Source of the DNA: Mobula hypostoma | Lineage: Eukaryota | Direction: 5' to 3' | NCBI RefSeq assembly: GCF_963921235.1 | Contig: NC_086097.1 | Span: forward strand, 12,896,001-12,960,000 | Length of the DNA: 64,000 bases | Part shown: in pieces, positions 1 through 9,792 of the stretch | Layout of the letters: the number at the start of each line of letters is the position of its first letter | How positions within the stretch are numbered: position 1 is the stretch's first letter | The notes under the pieces: model-generated | Database searches by the model: none | What the model was told of the DNA's origin: nothing | The model's input: only the letters and a program-made list of their open reading frames with translations | Program-made: the position numbers and the translations under genes

Positions 1-144
1 ACTGGTAACCGGCAGCCAACCAGAATAGGATCCCTTTATTCCCACTCTCTGTTTCCTGCCAATCAGCCAACGCTCTTATCCACGTATGTAACTTTCCCGT
101 AATTCCATGGGCTCTTATTTTGTTAAGTAGCCTCATGTGTGGCA
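1..144 (-). mobile_element. CR1 LINE ORF2 (RT region) fragment, continuing off the left edge
   Basis: Resembles the CR1 segment upstream of the GVPQGS motif; parallels 25340-25470 of the long CR1 in this window. Confidence 0.7.
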
Positions 145-204
145 TAATATTGTGGTTAAGTTATCATAATATTGACATACCACGTTTTTAGGAATGGTGG
201 GGTG

Positions 205-400
205 ACATGGTAGTATAATGCTTAGCACCATCACAGTGCCAGCGACTCGGGTCCATTTCCAGCCACAATCTGTAACGAGTCTATACTGTACATTCTCCCT
301 GTGAGTTTCCTTCGGGAGCTCCACTCTCACTCCAAAGAAGTATGGATTAGTCAGATAATTAGTTGCACGTGTATAATTGGGCTGCATGGTGCACTGCGCA
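205..400 (+). mobile_element. Degenerate V-SINE (HE1-like, tRNA-derived head)
   Basis: Head 'ttagcaccatcacagtgccagcgactcgggtccattt' and V-domain-like 'ttctccctgtgagtttccttcgggagctcc' match other copies in the window. Confidence 0.65.
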
Positions 401-659
401 CAAGCTGGAGGATTTCAGCAGGAATTGTCACCATATACAACCCTGAGATCCATTTTCTTGTGGGCATACTCAATAAATCCATAATAGAATAATAACCACA
501 ACTGAATCAATGAAAGACCTCACCTTGGCCTCTGAGACCACAGGGCAATTCTGCCTGTTGCTATGACAATAAATATGTTTATCTGAAGCAACCTAACTGG
601 ACTGATTTTCCTTAATCTGTGTCATACATAGCAGATCTTTGTTTCTAAATTTAGAACTT

Positions 660-900
660 AGAGCCTGAAGACACAGATTCAATGTTTTAGGAATAAGTTC
701 TTCACCTCTATCATCAGATTTCTGAACGGGGACATGAACGCTACTCACTACTTTGGCTCTGTTTTCAAATTACTTATTTAATTTAATTTAGTTTTATTTT
801 ATTTTCTATTATAGTTTATAGTATAGTTTATGCATTGCACTGTCACAAAATAACAAATTTAATGACATGAATCAGTGATATTAAACCCAATTCTAATTCT
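660..900 (+). mobile_element. Rex1/Babar LINE 3' end fragment
   Basis: 'gagcctgaagacac...ttcttcacctctatcatcagatttctgaacgg', AT-rich UTR and (ATTCTG)-like tail; same as 20290-20565. Confidence 0.7.
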
Positions 901-1089
901 AAGAATTTGATTCTGCTGAGACACTGTGCACTATAAGCAAATCTATGCATGTGCAACTTTGGGCAAATGTTTCAGAATGACTTAACTTGAGTTCATATCA
1001 GTTTGAGTGCAATTATAATGATTGTGAGTGATGACCCCATCCAACCACCGATTCCTGGGAATCTTTTCTCTTGCAAGTAGGGAAGGAAC

Positions 1090-1219
1090 AGCTCCACCCT
1101 CGCCATTTCCAACATTCTTTGCTCCTGCCAGCTTTACAAACTCATTCTCCACTCCATGATGTGCAAATGTCTTAGACCCCCTAGCTGTATATATGTGCCA
1201 AAGACTTTTACACAGTACC
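1090..1219. mobile_element. Short repeat ending in a Tc1-like palindromic mini-element (second copy at 40920-41092)
   Basis: 'gctccaccctcgccatttccaacattctttgctcc...tttacaaactca' shared with 40953-41010; inverted ends tgtgcaaatgtcttag / ccaaagacttttacaca. Confidence 0.55.
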
Positions 1220-1390
1220 TTGCACCTTGTCACCTACTGTATGTTGGTTTGCTGAGATTCCGTTTTACAGTAATGATATAAAGAACTCAGTCTGCAGACA
1301 CCTTTGTATCTTTCTGTATAGATTTTCTTTGTCTTCACAGACCCTCTTTCTATTTTACTCCCAGCCATCACACCCTACATTCACCCTTCA

Positions 1391-2146
1391 TTAAATTTTC
1401 TTTGGATGTGGGGGAAAAAAGGTGAAAAGGTTTAAAGATGCAGAATAAAAATAAAGATGAGGGATTTGTGAAAAAGTGAAAAGTGGGAGAGATGACATGA
1501 AAAGTAAAGTGGATAAAAAGAAATGACAATCACTGTGGAACAGGTACTTCCCAGCCCAGAGAGCCACATTACCCAGCAACCCATCTATTTAACTCTAGCC
1601 TAATCACAGGACAATTGACGTTGTCCAATTAGCCTACAAACTGGTAAATTTATGGACTGTGGGAGGAAACTGGTGCACCTGGAGAAAACTTGCATGGTCA
1701 TAGGACAACATACAAACTCCTTCCAGACCAACAGAATTGACTCCGAGCTCACACACGCCAAGCTGTAATAGCATTGCGCTAACCACTACACAGCTGTGGT
1801 ACCCACCAACTTCAGCTTCAGTCAGCATCCTCTCTGAACTAATTTACATTTTGTCTTGCTATTTCTATGCACAGACCTTGGTTGCTCTTTTATTGTTTTC
1901 TTTTTTTTATATATGCTGTTTAATGTCCCTCTTTCTGCTGTACTGTGTGTCAGCTAATCTTTGTATTGCTTTCACTTCAGCCCATTTCTGATTCCCTGTT
2001 ATAGTGTTGATTTTTATCTATCTTATTTTTCATATAATCTCTCCCACTTTTCACTTTTTCACAAATCCCTCATCTTTATTTTTTATTCTGCATCTTTAAA
2101 CCTATTCACCTTTCATTTTTTTCTCCCACTTCCATAGAAAACTTAA
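1391..2146. repeat. Long inverted repeat, arms ~1391-1520 and ~2008-2146
   Basis: 1428-1493 is the reverse complement of ~2037-2103 apart from one extra A; flanks match less well. Confidence 0.9.
1531..1810 (-). mobile_element. V-SINE (HE1-like)
   Basis: 'ctagcctaatcacaggacaatt...ggactgtgggaggaaactgg...gcgctaaccactac' is the reverse complement of tail, V-domain and tRNA head. Confidence 0.85.
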
Positions 2147-3007
2147 AACCTGTTTCTTGCTCCACAGAAGCTGCATTTCCCACATAATTTGATTTTATTT
2201 CATTTTTTTTTTGCCCTTCTCGGTTCATGGCTCTTAAAACCCTGAAGGAACTTCAGATGCAAACTGAAATGATGTGGTAGCAGGTTGAAATAAAGTGATT
2301 CTGCAAGACTCGGGTCACGTGATTCAATCTATAGTGACAAGGGAATAGAGTTATCATTCAGCAAAATTGCTTGCTGCAAATTTGTTCTTTAGACCTTAAA
2401 TGTATTTTGGTCATTATTACTACTAAGTTGAATTGTGGGTGCAGAATTAATCACAAGTATTAAGCATTACCACTATCATAGTAAATCACTAATAAAGCCC
2501 AAAAATTAAGGGGGATAATAAACTAGATTAAGGCCAGTGCTGATTTTAAATCAGTTTTTTGAGCACTGAATGGGTGCAATTAAGGCTTTTTTTTCAAATA
2601 CAGTTTAATATCACCACTCTGTAAGAGAAATACTTGGTCACAAATCTGCCATATAACTTCTGCTGCATATCAAGCTGCTGGGATTTATAGAACAATTGGA
2701 ATTCATTAACAATCAGCATGATACAGTATCTGCTTAGCTTTGGAAAAATTACTGTAAAGTGTAATTTAGATGGTAAAATTACAACTTCTCTGAATACAAG
2801 GTCCATTATGCAGAATACTCAGAGACTTTAACAAATATTGCACTGATAAAACCAGCACTTTCTCCAACAACCATAATGAATTACCTGTAGAAGGTATCGT
2901 TTTCATACATTTGTTAGGGAAAAGAGGATAAAGGATAGTTTCCTGACTTGACATAATACAGCTTTTAAAACTGAACTTTGAATTCAGTGATCTCTGATAA
3001 TAGTTTC

Positions 3008-3133
3008 TATCAGAATTTAACTTCAGAATCAGGTTTAATATCACTGTCATATGTTACGTAATTTGTTGTTTTGCGGCAGCAGTACATTGCAATGCATAAT
3101 AGAAACTATAAATTACAATAGGAAATATAAATC

Positions 3134-3177
<44 letters not shown>

Positions 3178-3450
3178 ATCTGATGACCAAGGGGAAGAAG
3201 CTGTTTCTGAAACATTGAGTGTGTGCCTTCAGGCTACTGTACCTCCTCCATGATGGCAGCAACGATCAGAGATGTTGATGGTCTTTAATGATGGATGCCG
3301 CCTTTTTGAGGCATTGTCTTTCAAAGGTGTCCTCGATACTGGGGAGGCTAGTGCCCATGATGGAGCTGGCTGAGTTTGCAGCTTTTTCCGATCCTGTTTT
3401 GTGGTCCCTCCGTCCCGCTGATACAACCAGCCAGGATACTCTCCACGGAA
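3008..3450 (-). mobile_element. Rex1/Babar LINE 3' fragment
   Basis: Minus frames give 'QDRKKLQ' and 'MGTSLPSIEDTFERQCLKKAASIIKD', typical of the Rex1/Babar C-terminus; tail 'atcagaatcagg'. Confidence 0.85.
3137..3175. repeat. (AC)19 microsatellite
   Basis: Perfect dinucleotide run. Confidence 0.98.
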
Positions 3451-3763
3451 CTTGGCAGTTCTGATAAAAGGCAACATTGACTCTGTTTTTATTTTCTCTC
3501 CACTGATGTTCCTTGGCTTCAATATCCAGACTTCCCCATTTTACTTCAGACTTCAAATATCTGTGATGTTTTGCATCTCACATTGCCAGCATTTTTTAAC
3601 TCTCTCCTTCCCCATTCCCATTTATCTCTTTCTGTTTACATCTCTCCAGGTAGACTAGTTGAGATTAATTAACCTTCACCACCTTCTCTCTGCCAGCAAC
3701 ATCACCTCTTGTGTGATGTCTCTTTGATCTTCATCCATTCACAAACCTTCCCCTTGTTTTTTT

Positions 3764-4676
3764 CATAGAAACATAGAAACATAGAAAACCCACAGCACAT
3801 TACAGGCCCTTCGGCCCACAAAGTTGTGCCGAATATGTCCCAACCTTACAAGTTACTAGGCTTACCCAAAGCCCTCTATTTTTCTAAGCTCCATGTACCT
3901 ATCCAAAAGTCTCTTAAAAGACCCTATCGTATCCGCCTCCACCACCATTGCCGGCAGCTGATTCCACGCACTCACCACTCTCTGCGTAAAAAACTTACCC
4001 CTGACATCTCCTAATGTACCTACTCCCCAGCACCTTAAGCCTGTGTCCTCTTGTGGCAACCATTTCAGCCCTGGGCAAAAAGCCTCTGACTATCCACACG
4101 ATCAATGCCTCTCATCATCTTATATACCTCTATCAGATCACCTCTCATCCTCTGTCGCACCAAAGAGAAAAGGCCGAGTTCACTCAACCTATTTTCATAA
4201 AGCATGCTCCCCAATCCAGGCAACATCCTTGTAAATCTCCTCTGCACCCTTTCTATGATTTCCACATCCTTCCTGTAGTGAGGCGACCAGAACTGAGCAC
4301 AGTACTCCAAGTGGGGTCTGACCAGGGTCCTATATAGCTGCAACATTACCTCTCAGCTCCTAAATTCAATTCCATGATTAATGAAGGGCAATGCACCGTA
4401 TGCCTTCTTAACCACAGAGTCAACCTGCGCAGCTGCTTTGAGCGAGCTATGGACTCGGACCCCAAGATCCCTCTGATCCTCCACACTACCAAGAGTTTTA
4501 CCATTAACACTATATTCTGCCATCATATTTGACCTACCAAAATGAACCACTTTACACTTACCTGCGTTGAACTCCATCTGCCACTTCTCAGCCCAGTTTG
4601 GCATCCTATCAATGTCCCGCTGTAACCTCTGACAGCCCTCCACACTATCCACAACACCTCCAACCTTTGTGTTATC
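3764..4676 (-). mobile_element. 5'-truncated CR1 LINE (ORF2 C-terminus and 3' UTR)
   Basis: ORFs '[20 protein letters not shown]', 'LYRTLVRPHLEYCAQFWSP', 'RMRGDLIEVYK', 'FFTQRVVSAWNQLP'; (CATAGAAA)n tail at 3764-3788. Confidence 0.95.
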
Positions 4677-4931
4677 CTTTGTTCACTGTTCCCCTTTTTC
4701 AATCAACATGCTTAAGTTGTATTATTTTCTCTCATTTCTGAACATTGATCTCAGATGTTGTCTCTGATCCCCACTCCGCAGATGCTGATTGACTTGCTGA
4801 ATATTTCCAGCAGTTTCAGTATTTATTGAAGAAATAGTTCATTTGAAAATGCTATTGAGAAGATATTTACAAGACAGAAGATTGCTTTGTGACATTGTCC
4901 CTCCATTATTGCCATTTTAATTTTTAAAAAT

Positions 4932-5306
4932 TTCATCAACATCATTATGTACCATGTCGTATGATGTTGGCAATCATGGTCTTATGACCATGTGTGTTTT
5001 ATCCACACTTTACTACGGAAGTGGTTTTCCATTGCCTTCTTCTAAGCAGTGTCTTTACAAGACATGTGTACCCAGCCATTATCAACACTCTTTAGAGATT
5101 GTCTGCCTGGCGTCAATGTTCACATGAGCCGGACTTGTGATATTCACCAGCTGCTCGTACGACCATTTGCTCCCATGAATTCACATGACCCTGTTCAGGG
5201 GGACTAAGCAGGTGCTACACCTTGCCTGAGGGTAGCCAGCAGGCTAGCGGGTGGTTGGAGTGCCTTATACCTTCTTTTGTAGAGACATATTTCTACCCCA
5301 TTGCCC
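4932..5306 (-). mobile_element. RTE-related short non-autonomous element (copies at 13880-14248 and 59130-59486)
   Basis: Minus strand contains 'gaaggcaatggaaaaccacttccgtag', resembling the BovB/Bov-A/Sauria-SINE motif; (GAT)n-like tail; three collinear copies. Confidence 0.7.
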
Positions 5307-6307
5307 TTTTTCATTTATAGATGGACTTGATGGAACAAAGTAGACCCTGATGATGCACACTTTCCTGCAAAGTGCTTGTAGCGGCAAAACTAATCTAAAG
5401 TCAAATCAAAACAATTGCCACTTGCCTGCGACCGTACAGACTACTATACTTGCGTAACATGCCATAGTTCCAATGATTGCTCCAAAAGCCGATCCTTTAC
5501 TAGCAATTAGCAAACATACAATTAGGCATTATTGAGCATTATCCCAGCAATCAGCAAAAAGATATGACCTCCGCAGGCCCAGGCTACAAACTGCCACACA
5601 GTAAACAAGAATACATAATTTAATCCCTTTGCTTTTACCACACCCACTCACATGACTGGTTACCATAATAAACCCAACAGATAGAGAACAGATACATGGC
5701 TCCAACAGAACTGCACAATTCAAATGCATTTAGAATTATATTTTATTAACTTCTTCGTGATAATGTTCTGTTCAATTTTCTGTACAAGATTGTGATATAT
5801 GTTTTGTGGGTGCACCATGGTCCAAAGGGACATTATTTCATTTGGTTGTATATACGTACAGTCAGATGACAATAAACTTGATCTTATGTAGAACAACAAA
5901 ATTATTTCTTTGGTTGAGGTGGTGGCTGTCTTTGAAGTAAGCTCAAGGCAGAGGTCAATGAGAGGATAAGTGCCACTAGTGACAGGCAAGCTCTTGTAAA
6001 ATTTTGGCACTATGAAAGCAGCAATTTCCCTATTTTTGACAATTTGAACAGTGATGCTCAAAGTGCGACAGACATACCAGAAGCATACCTTTTATATCTG
6101 GTATTGATGTTGTAACTGAGGGGAGAAATTCTGCCACTGTACTTTCAAACATGTAACTTTTGGTCCAGTCACATCAATGAAATAGATCAATAAGTCTGAA
6201 GCAAAGTTTCAGTCTCACCAACATGCCCCTCCCACCCATTGTTTTCCAGTACCATGGTTTAAACAAGACCCATCCAAAATTTGAATTTCTGTTTAGTGAT
6301 TTAGAGA

Positions 6308-6452
6308 TGTATTGATTAGTAGTTTAATTGGTCATTGTAAATTGTCCTGTGATTAGGCTGGGGTTAAATAGGTAGATAATAGGCAGCATAGTTCATTGGG
6401 GTGGAAGAGCCTGTTCCACGCTGCATCACGAAACAAAAATTAAATAAATAAA
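6308..6452 (+). mobile_element. V-SINE 3' half
   Basis: 'aattggtcattgtaaattgtcctgtgattaggctggggttaaat' followed by an (AAAT)n tail. Confidence 0.75.
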
Positions 6453-6607
6453 ATGAATTAGTGGCAAATATTAGAACAGGATAAATTTGCAGATAGTTTG
6501 AGGTTGTACTGTTAAAAATGAACGCGGTCACAGAGTTCAAATGCAGAAAGAGTAGTGTAGATTCTACCTTTCTCTATATAGTGTAGCAAAGAACATTGTA
6601 AGGCCAA

Positions 6608-7186
6608 GGCTATGTCCACACTAGACCGGATAAATCCGTAACCGAGGCTTTTTCTCTTCATTTTAACCCTCTGTCCACTCTGAAATGGCATTTTCCTCCC
6701 CCAAAAATGGAGCTTTTCTAAAACACTCTCCTGAGGATTTAAATCTGAAAACACCGGTTGAGCGTTGTAGTGTGTACAGGGTAACCGGAGGTTTTAAAAA
6801 ACCTGTCGTCCCTTTCATCGGTGAAGAGACTATGGCAGTAGGAAATGTTTCCAGGGTGATCCCTCTGTGGGAGTGGGGAAGATGTTGGTGGGGCCACGCG
6901 GGGGTCTGTGTGTCCGTATGTGTGGCTATTGTAGTGGCTGTGAGGCTGGTATTGTGGCGGTGAAAAGTACTGGTGGGGAGCCATCATATTCCTCATCATT
7001 GCAACTCCCTCTGCAACAGAGTTAGTCAGTTTTTCAATGTTCGTCGTCAGCCAGGTCATACTGTCCGTGACCTCCCTGCTGGTTGCCTCCATACACTCCA
7101 GTATGTGTTTTTTTTAGTTTTAAGTCCTCCTGTGTGAGGGCCAACAGCTGTCCGTCATTTGGCAATTTCCTTTTAAGTTTTTCTAG
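6608..7186 (-). mobile_element. PIF/Harbinger-like DNA transposon remnant: one terminus plus a partial accessory-protein ORF
   Basis: End 'GGCTATGTCCACACTAG' resembles Harbinger TIRs; minus frame LEKLKRKLPNDGQLLALTQEDLKLKK/HILECMEATSREVTDSMTWLTTNIEKLTNSVAEGVAMMRNMM with one frameshift in an A8 run. Confidence 0.6.
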
Positions 7187-7769
7187 TCAGAAGAGAGACC
7201 TCATAGAATTAGTAAACAACCTCTGAAGCTTAACAATTTTATACTGAAGCAGAGCTTTACGTTGGTGGTTTTAAAACAATGCAAGCTATTGTAAGTTGAA
7301 AATGAAGTTTTCAGTTCCAGAGTTATCGTTAAGTTGAAACAGAAAATGTGTTTCATATCGTCAAGCATATCAGAAAATATGTGTTGAATTGAAATGGTTA
7401 AATGTGTTCTAAAACATTGAAGTTCATTTCTCAGGAAAGGAGGGGTGTCTTGTATTGAAATGGCAAGGCCAGTTAATGTAGTTTGACACTTGTCAAGTAC
7501 GGTGATGATGTCATTGGTCTGGAACAGAACAACACGTGATGTGAGGGAGCGTGGAAGTGAAAATGAGAAATAAAGACACGTTTAGAGCACGATGCATCGT
7601 GTCATGATATATGCACTATCTGATTAAGTACTAAGACAGGTTGCAAATACACAACAATGGATTTGCAGTATTTTACATTACCAATTTCCAAAGTGTCTTG
7701 CGATCATAAAGCAAAAACATCCAAGACAGTCAGTCGCTGTTAGATTGCGCGTAAACTTCATGAACTATC

Positions 7770-8212
7770 TCTGATGCCTTTCTGTAGTAGGTAGTAACAC
7801 AGTTCACGCCAAGTCCAACTCTTCCAGTTCCTCCACCACCGAAGAGCACACTGATGGGCATGATCTACTGAACTTGAAGTTCTTAATGCCCAACATTCTC
7901 TTGCAATCGCAAAATAGCTGGTTAAAAAAGACAAAGCCACCTTTGGCTGGCTATGGAGAGGCTGCTGCATTTGAACATACTGCTATTTTACCAGAATCAA
8001 GGTGTCTGCTTTGTTCTGGATGGTGTCAAAGTTCCCGATAGTTGTTGGAGATGCCCTTGTCCAAGTATGAGAATAGCTGTCCATTGTGTTCCTGTACTGT
8101 GCCTTATAATTGGTGGAAATGCTTTGGAGGTGTCAGAATAGTCACACACTACACAATGTCCACCTCTGACTATGTCTTATTGCCACACTATTTCTGTCAC
8201 TGGTCTGGTCCA
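7770..8212 (-). mobile_element. Old, highly diverged CR1-like LINE 3' fragment
   Basis: 'gttgttggagatgcccttgtccaagtatgagaatagc...tgtgccttataattggtgg' resembles the reverse complement of the LYKAQ..MEY..LAW region. Confidence 0.45.
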
Positions 8213-8640
8213 GTACAGAAAAACCTACAAAAAGTAATGGATCCAGCCCAATGCATCACAGGGAAAGCCCTCCCCATCATTGACCACATCGCCAACGAGC
8301 ACTTCCACAAGCAAACAGGAACAATTATCAAGTTCTCTAACCATCTATGCCATGTTTTCTTACCACTGCTGCCATTAGGAAAAAAGGTACAGGAGCTTTC
8401 GATCCCATACCACCAGATTCAGAAGCGGTTAATACACCTCAACATCAAGGTCCTGAACCAACGTTGATAACTACACTCACCTGGACTCTGAGCTAATTCC
8501 ACAACCTCTGGACTCAATTTCACAGATTCTACAACTCATGACTCATGCACTGATTACTTACTAATTTATTTTTTATTATTATTTGTCTTTTTTTGCATTT
8601 AGACAGTTTGTCCTCATTTGTACTTTTGTTGTTTGTCAGT
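8213..8640 (+). mobile_element. Rex1/Babar LINE 3' fragment
   Basis: 'KNLQKVMDPAQCITGKALPIIDHI...LLPLGKK' followed by the family 3' UTR. Confidence 0.85.
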
Positions 8641-8774
8641 CTTATAAAGCCTCAGCATTAGGTCCTTGCTTTTTCTCCTAGTGCTCTCGAAATGAACGCT
8701 GACATTGCATTTGTTTTCCTTACCACCAGGTCAATGCAAGTTAACCTTTAGGGAATATTGTACTCAGACTCCCC
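8641..8774 (-). mobile_element. Short CR1 ORF2 fragment
   Basis: Minus strand reads ..VVRKTNAMSAFISRAL.EKSKDLMLRLYK. Confidence 0.65.
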
Positions 8775-9410
8775 TTTTCTAGAGGTATAGAATATAAGAG
8801 CAGGGAGGTGATGTTGAGGCTCTATAAGGCACTCATGGGACCACACTTGGAGTATTGTGTGTAGTTTTGGGCTTCTTACTTTAGAAAGGATATACTGACA
8901 TTAGAGAGTGTTCAGAGAAGATTCAAGAGAATGATTCCAGGAATGAAAGGGTTACCGTTTGGGGAACGTCTGGCTGCTCTTGGGCTGTATTCTCTGGAGT
9001 TCAGGAGAATGAGGGGGGATCTCATAGAAACATTCTAAATGTTAAAAGGTCTGAACAGATTAGATACGGCAAAATTATTTCCCCATGTAGGGGAGTCTAA
9101 GACAAGAGGGCACGACTTCAGGATTGAAGGAGGTCCTTTTAGAACTGAAATGTGGAGAAAATACCTTAGTCAGAGGGTAGCAAATCTTGGAATCTGTTGC
9201 CACAAGCAGCTGTGGAGGCCAAGTCATTGGGTGCATATAAGGCAGAGATAGATAGGTTCTTGATTAGCCAGGGCATCAAAGGGTATGGGGAGCAGGCAGG
9301 TGAGTGGGCATGACTGGAAGATTTGCATTAGCACATGATTGAATGGCGGAGCAGACTCGATGAGCCGAATGGCTTACTTCTGCTCATATATCTTATGGTC
9401 TTATGGTCTT
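8775..9410 (+). mobile_element. 5'-truncated CR1 LINE
   Basis: 'SRGIEYKSREVMLRLYKALMGPHLEYCV', 'RMRGDLIETF', 'TRGHDFRI'; (TCTTATGG)n tail. Confidence 0.93.
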
Positions 9411-9414
9411 TGCA

Positions 9415-9660
9415 CCTCTAATTTCTGAATTCAAAAAGAGGGTCTTGTGCCTCTTCTCTGATGACAATAATGAGAAGACTGCCTGTCCTTGATAGTGATG
9501 GTTTTTAATGAGGACATCTTCATTTAATGAGGACCCACTGAGGACATCTTCAAAATGCAGTGCCTCCCCTCTTTTTTGAGGCACTGCATTTTGAAGATGT
9601 CCTCAGTGGTGAGGAGGCCACATTTCCAACCTTCTGCAATTTTTTTCAGTTGTCTGCATC
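9415..9660 (-). mobile_element. Rex1/Babar 3' fragment containing a perfect 32-bp inverted duplication
   Basis: 'EDIFKMQCLKK'-like text on the minus strand; arms 9535-9566 and 9578-9609 are exact reverse complements. Confidence 0.75.
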
Positions 9661-9792
9661 CGAGCCTCCATAGCAAGGTTTAAAGTACAAAGTAAATTTA
9701 TTGTCAAAGTACATGTATGTCATCGTGTAAAACCTTGAGATTCATTTTCTTGCATGCATACTCCATAAATCCATCATAGAACAATAACCATA

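Noticed and set aside
7280..7380. Tigger-like MITE ('ttgtaagttgaaaatg')
   Set aside because: Only a short motif; no TIR pair or TA duplication found.
8641..8830. Twin-priming 5' inversion of the CR1 at 8775
   Set aside because: The two pieces cover the same coding region and differ substantially, which fits two separate insertions better.
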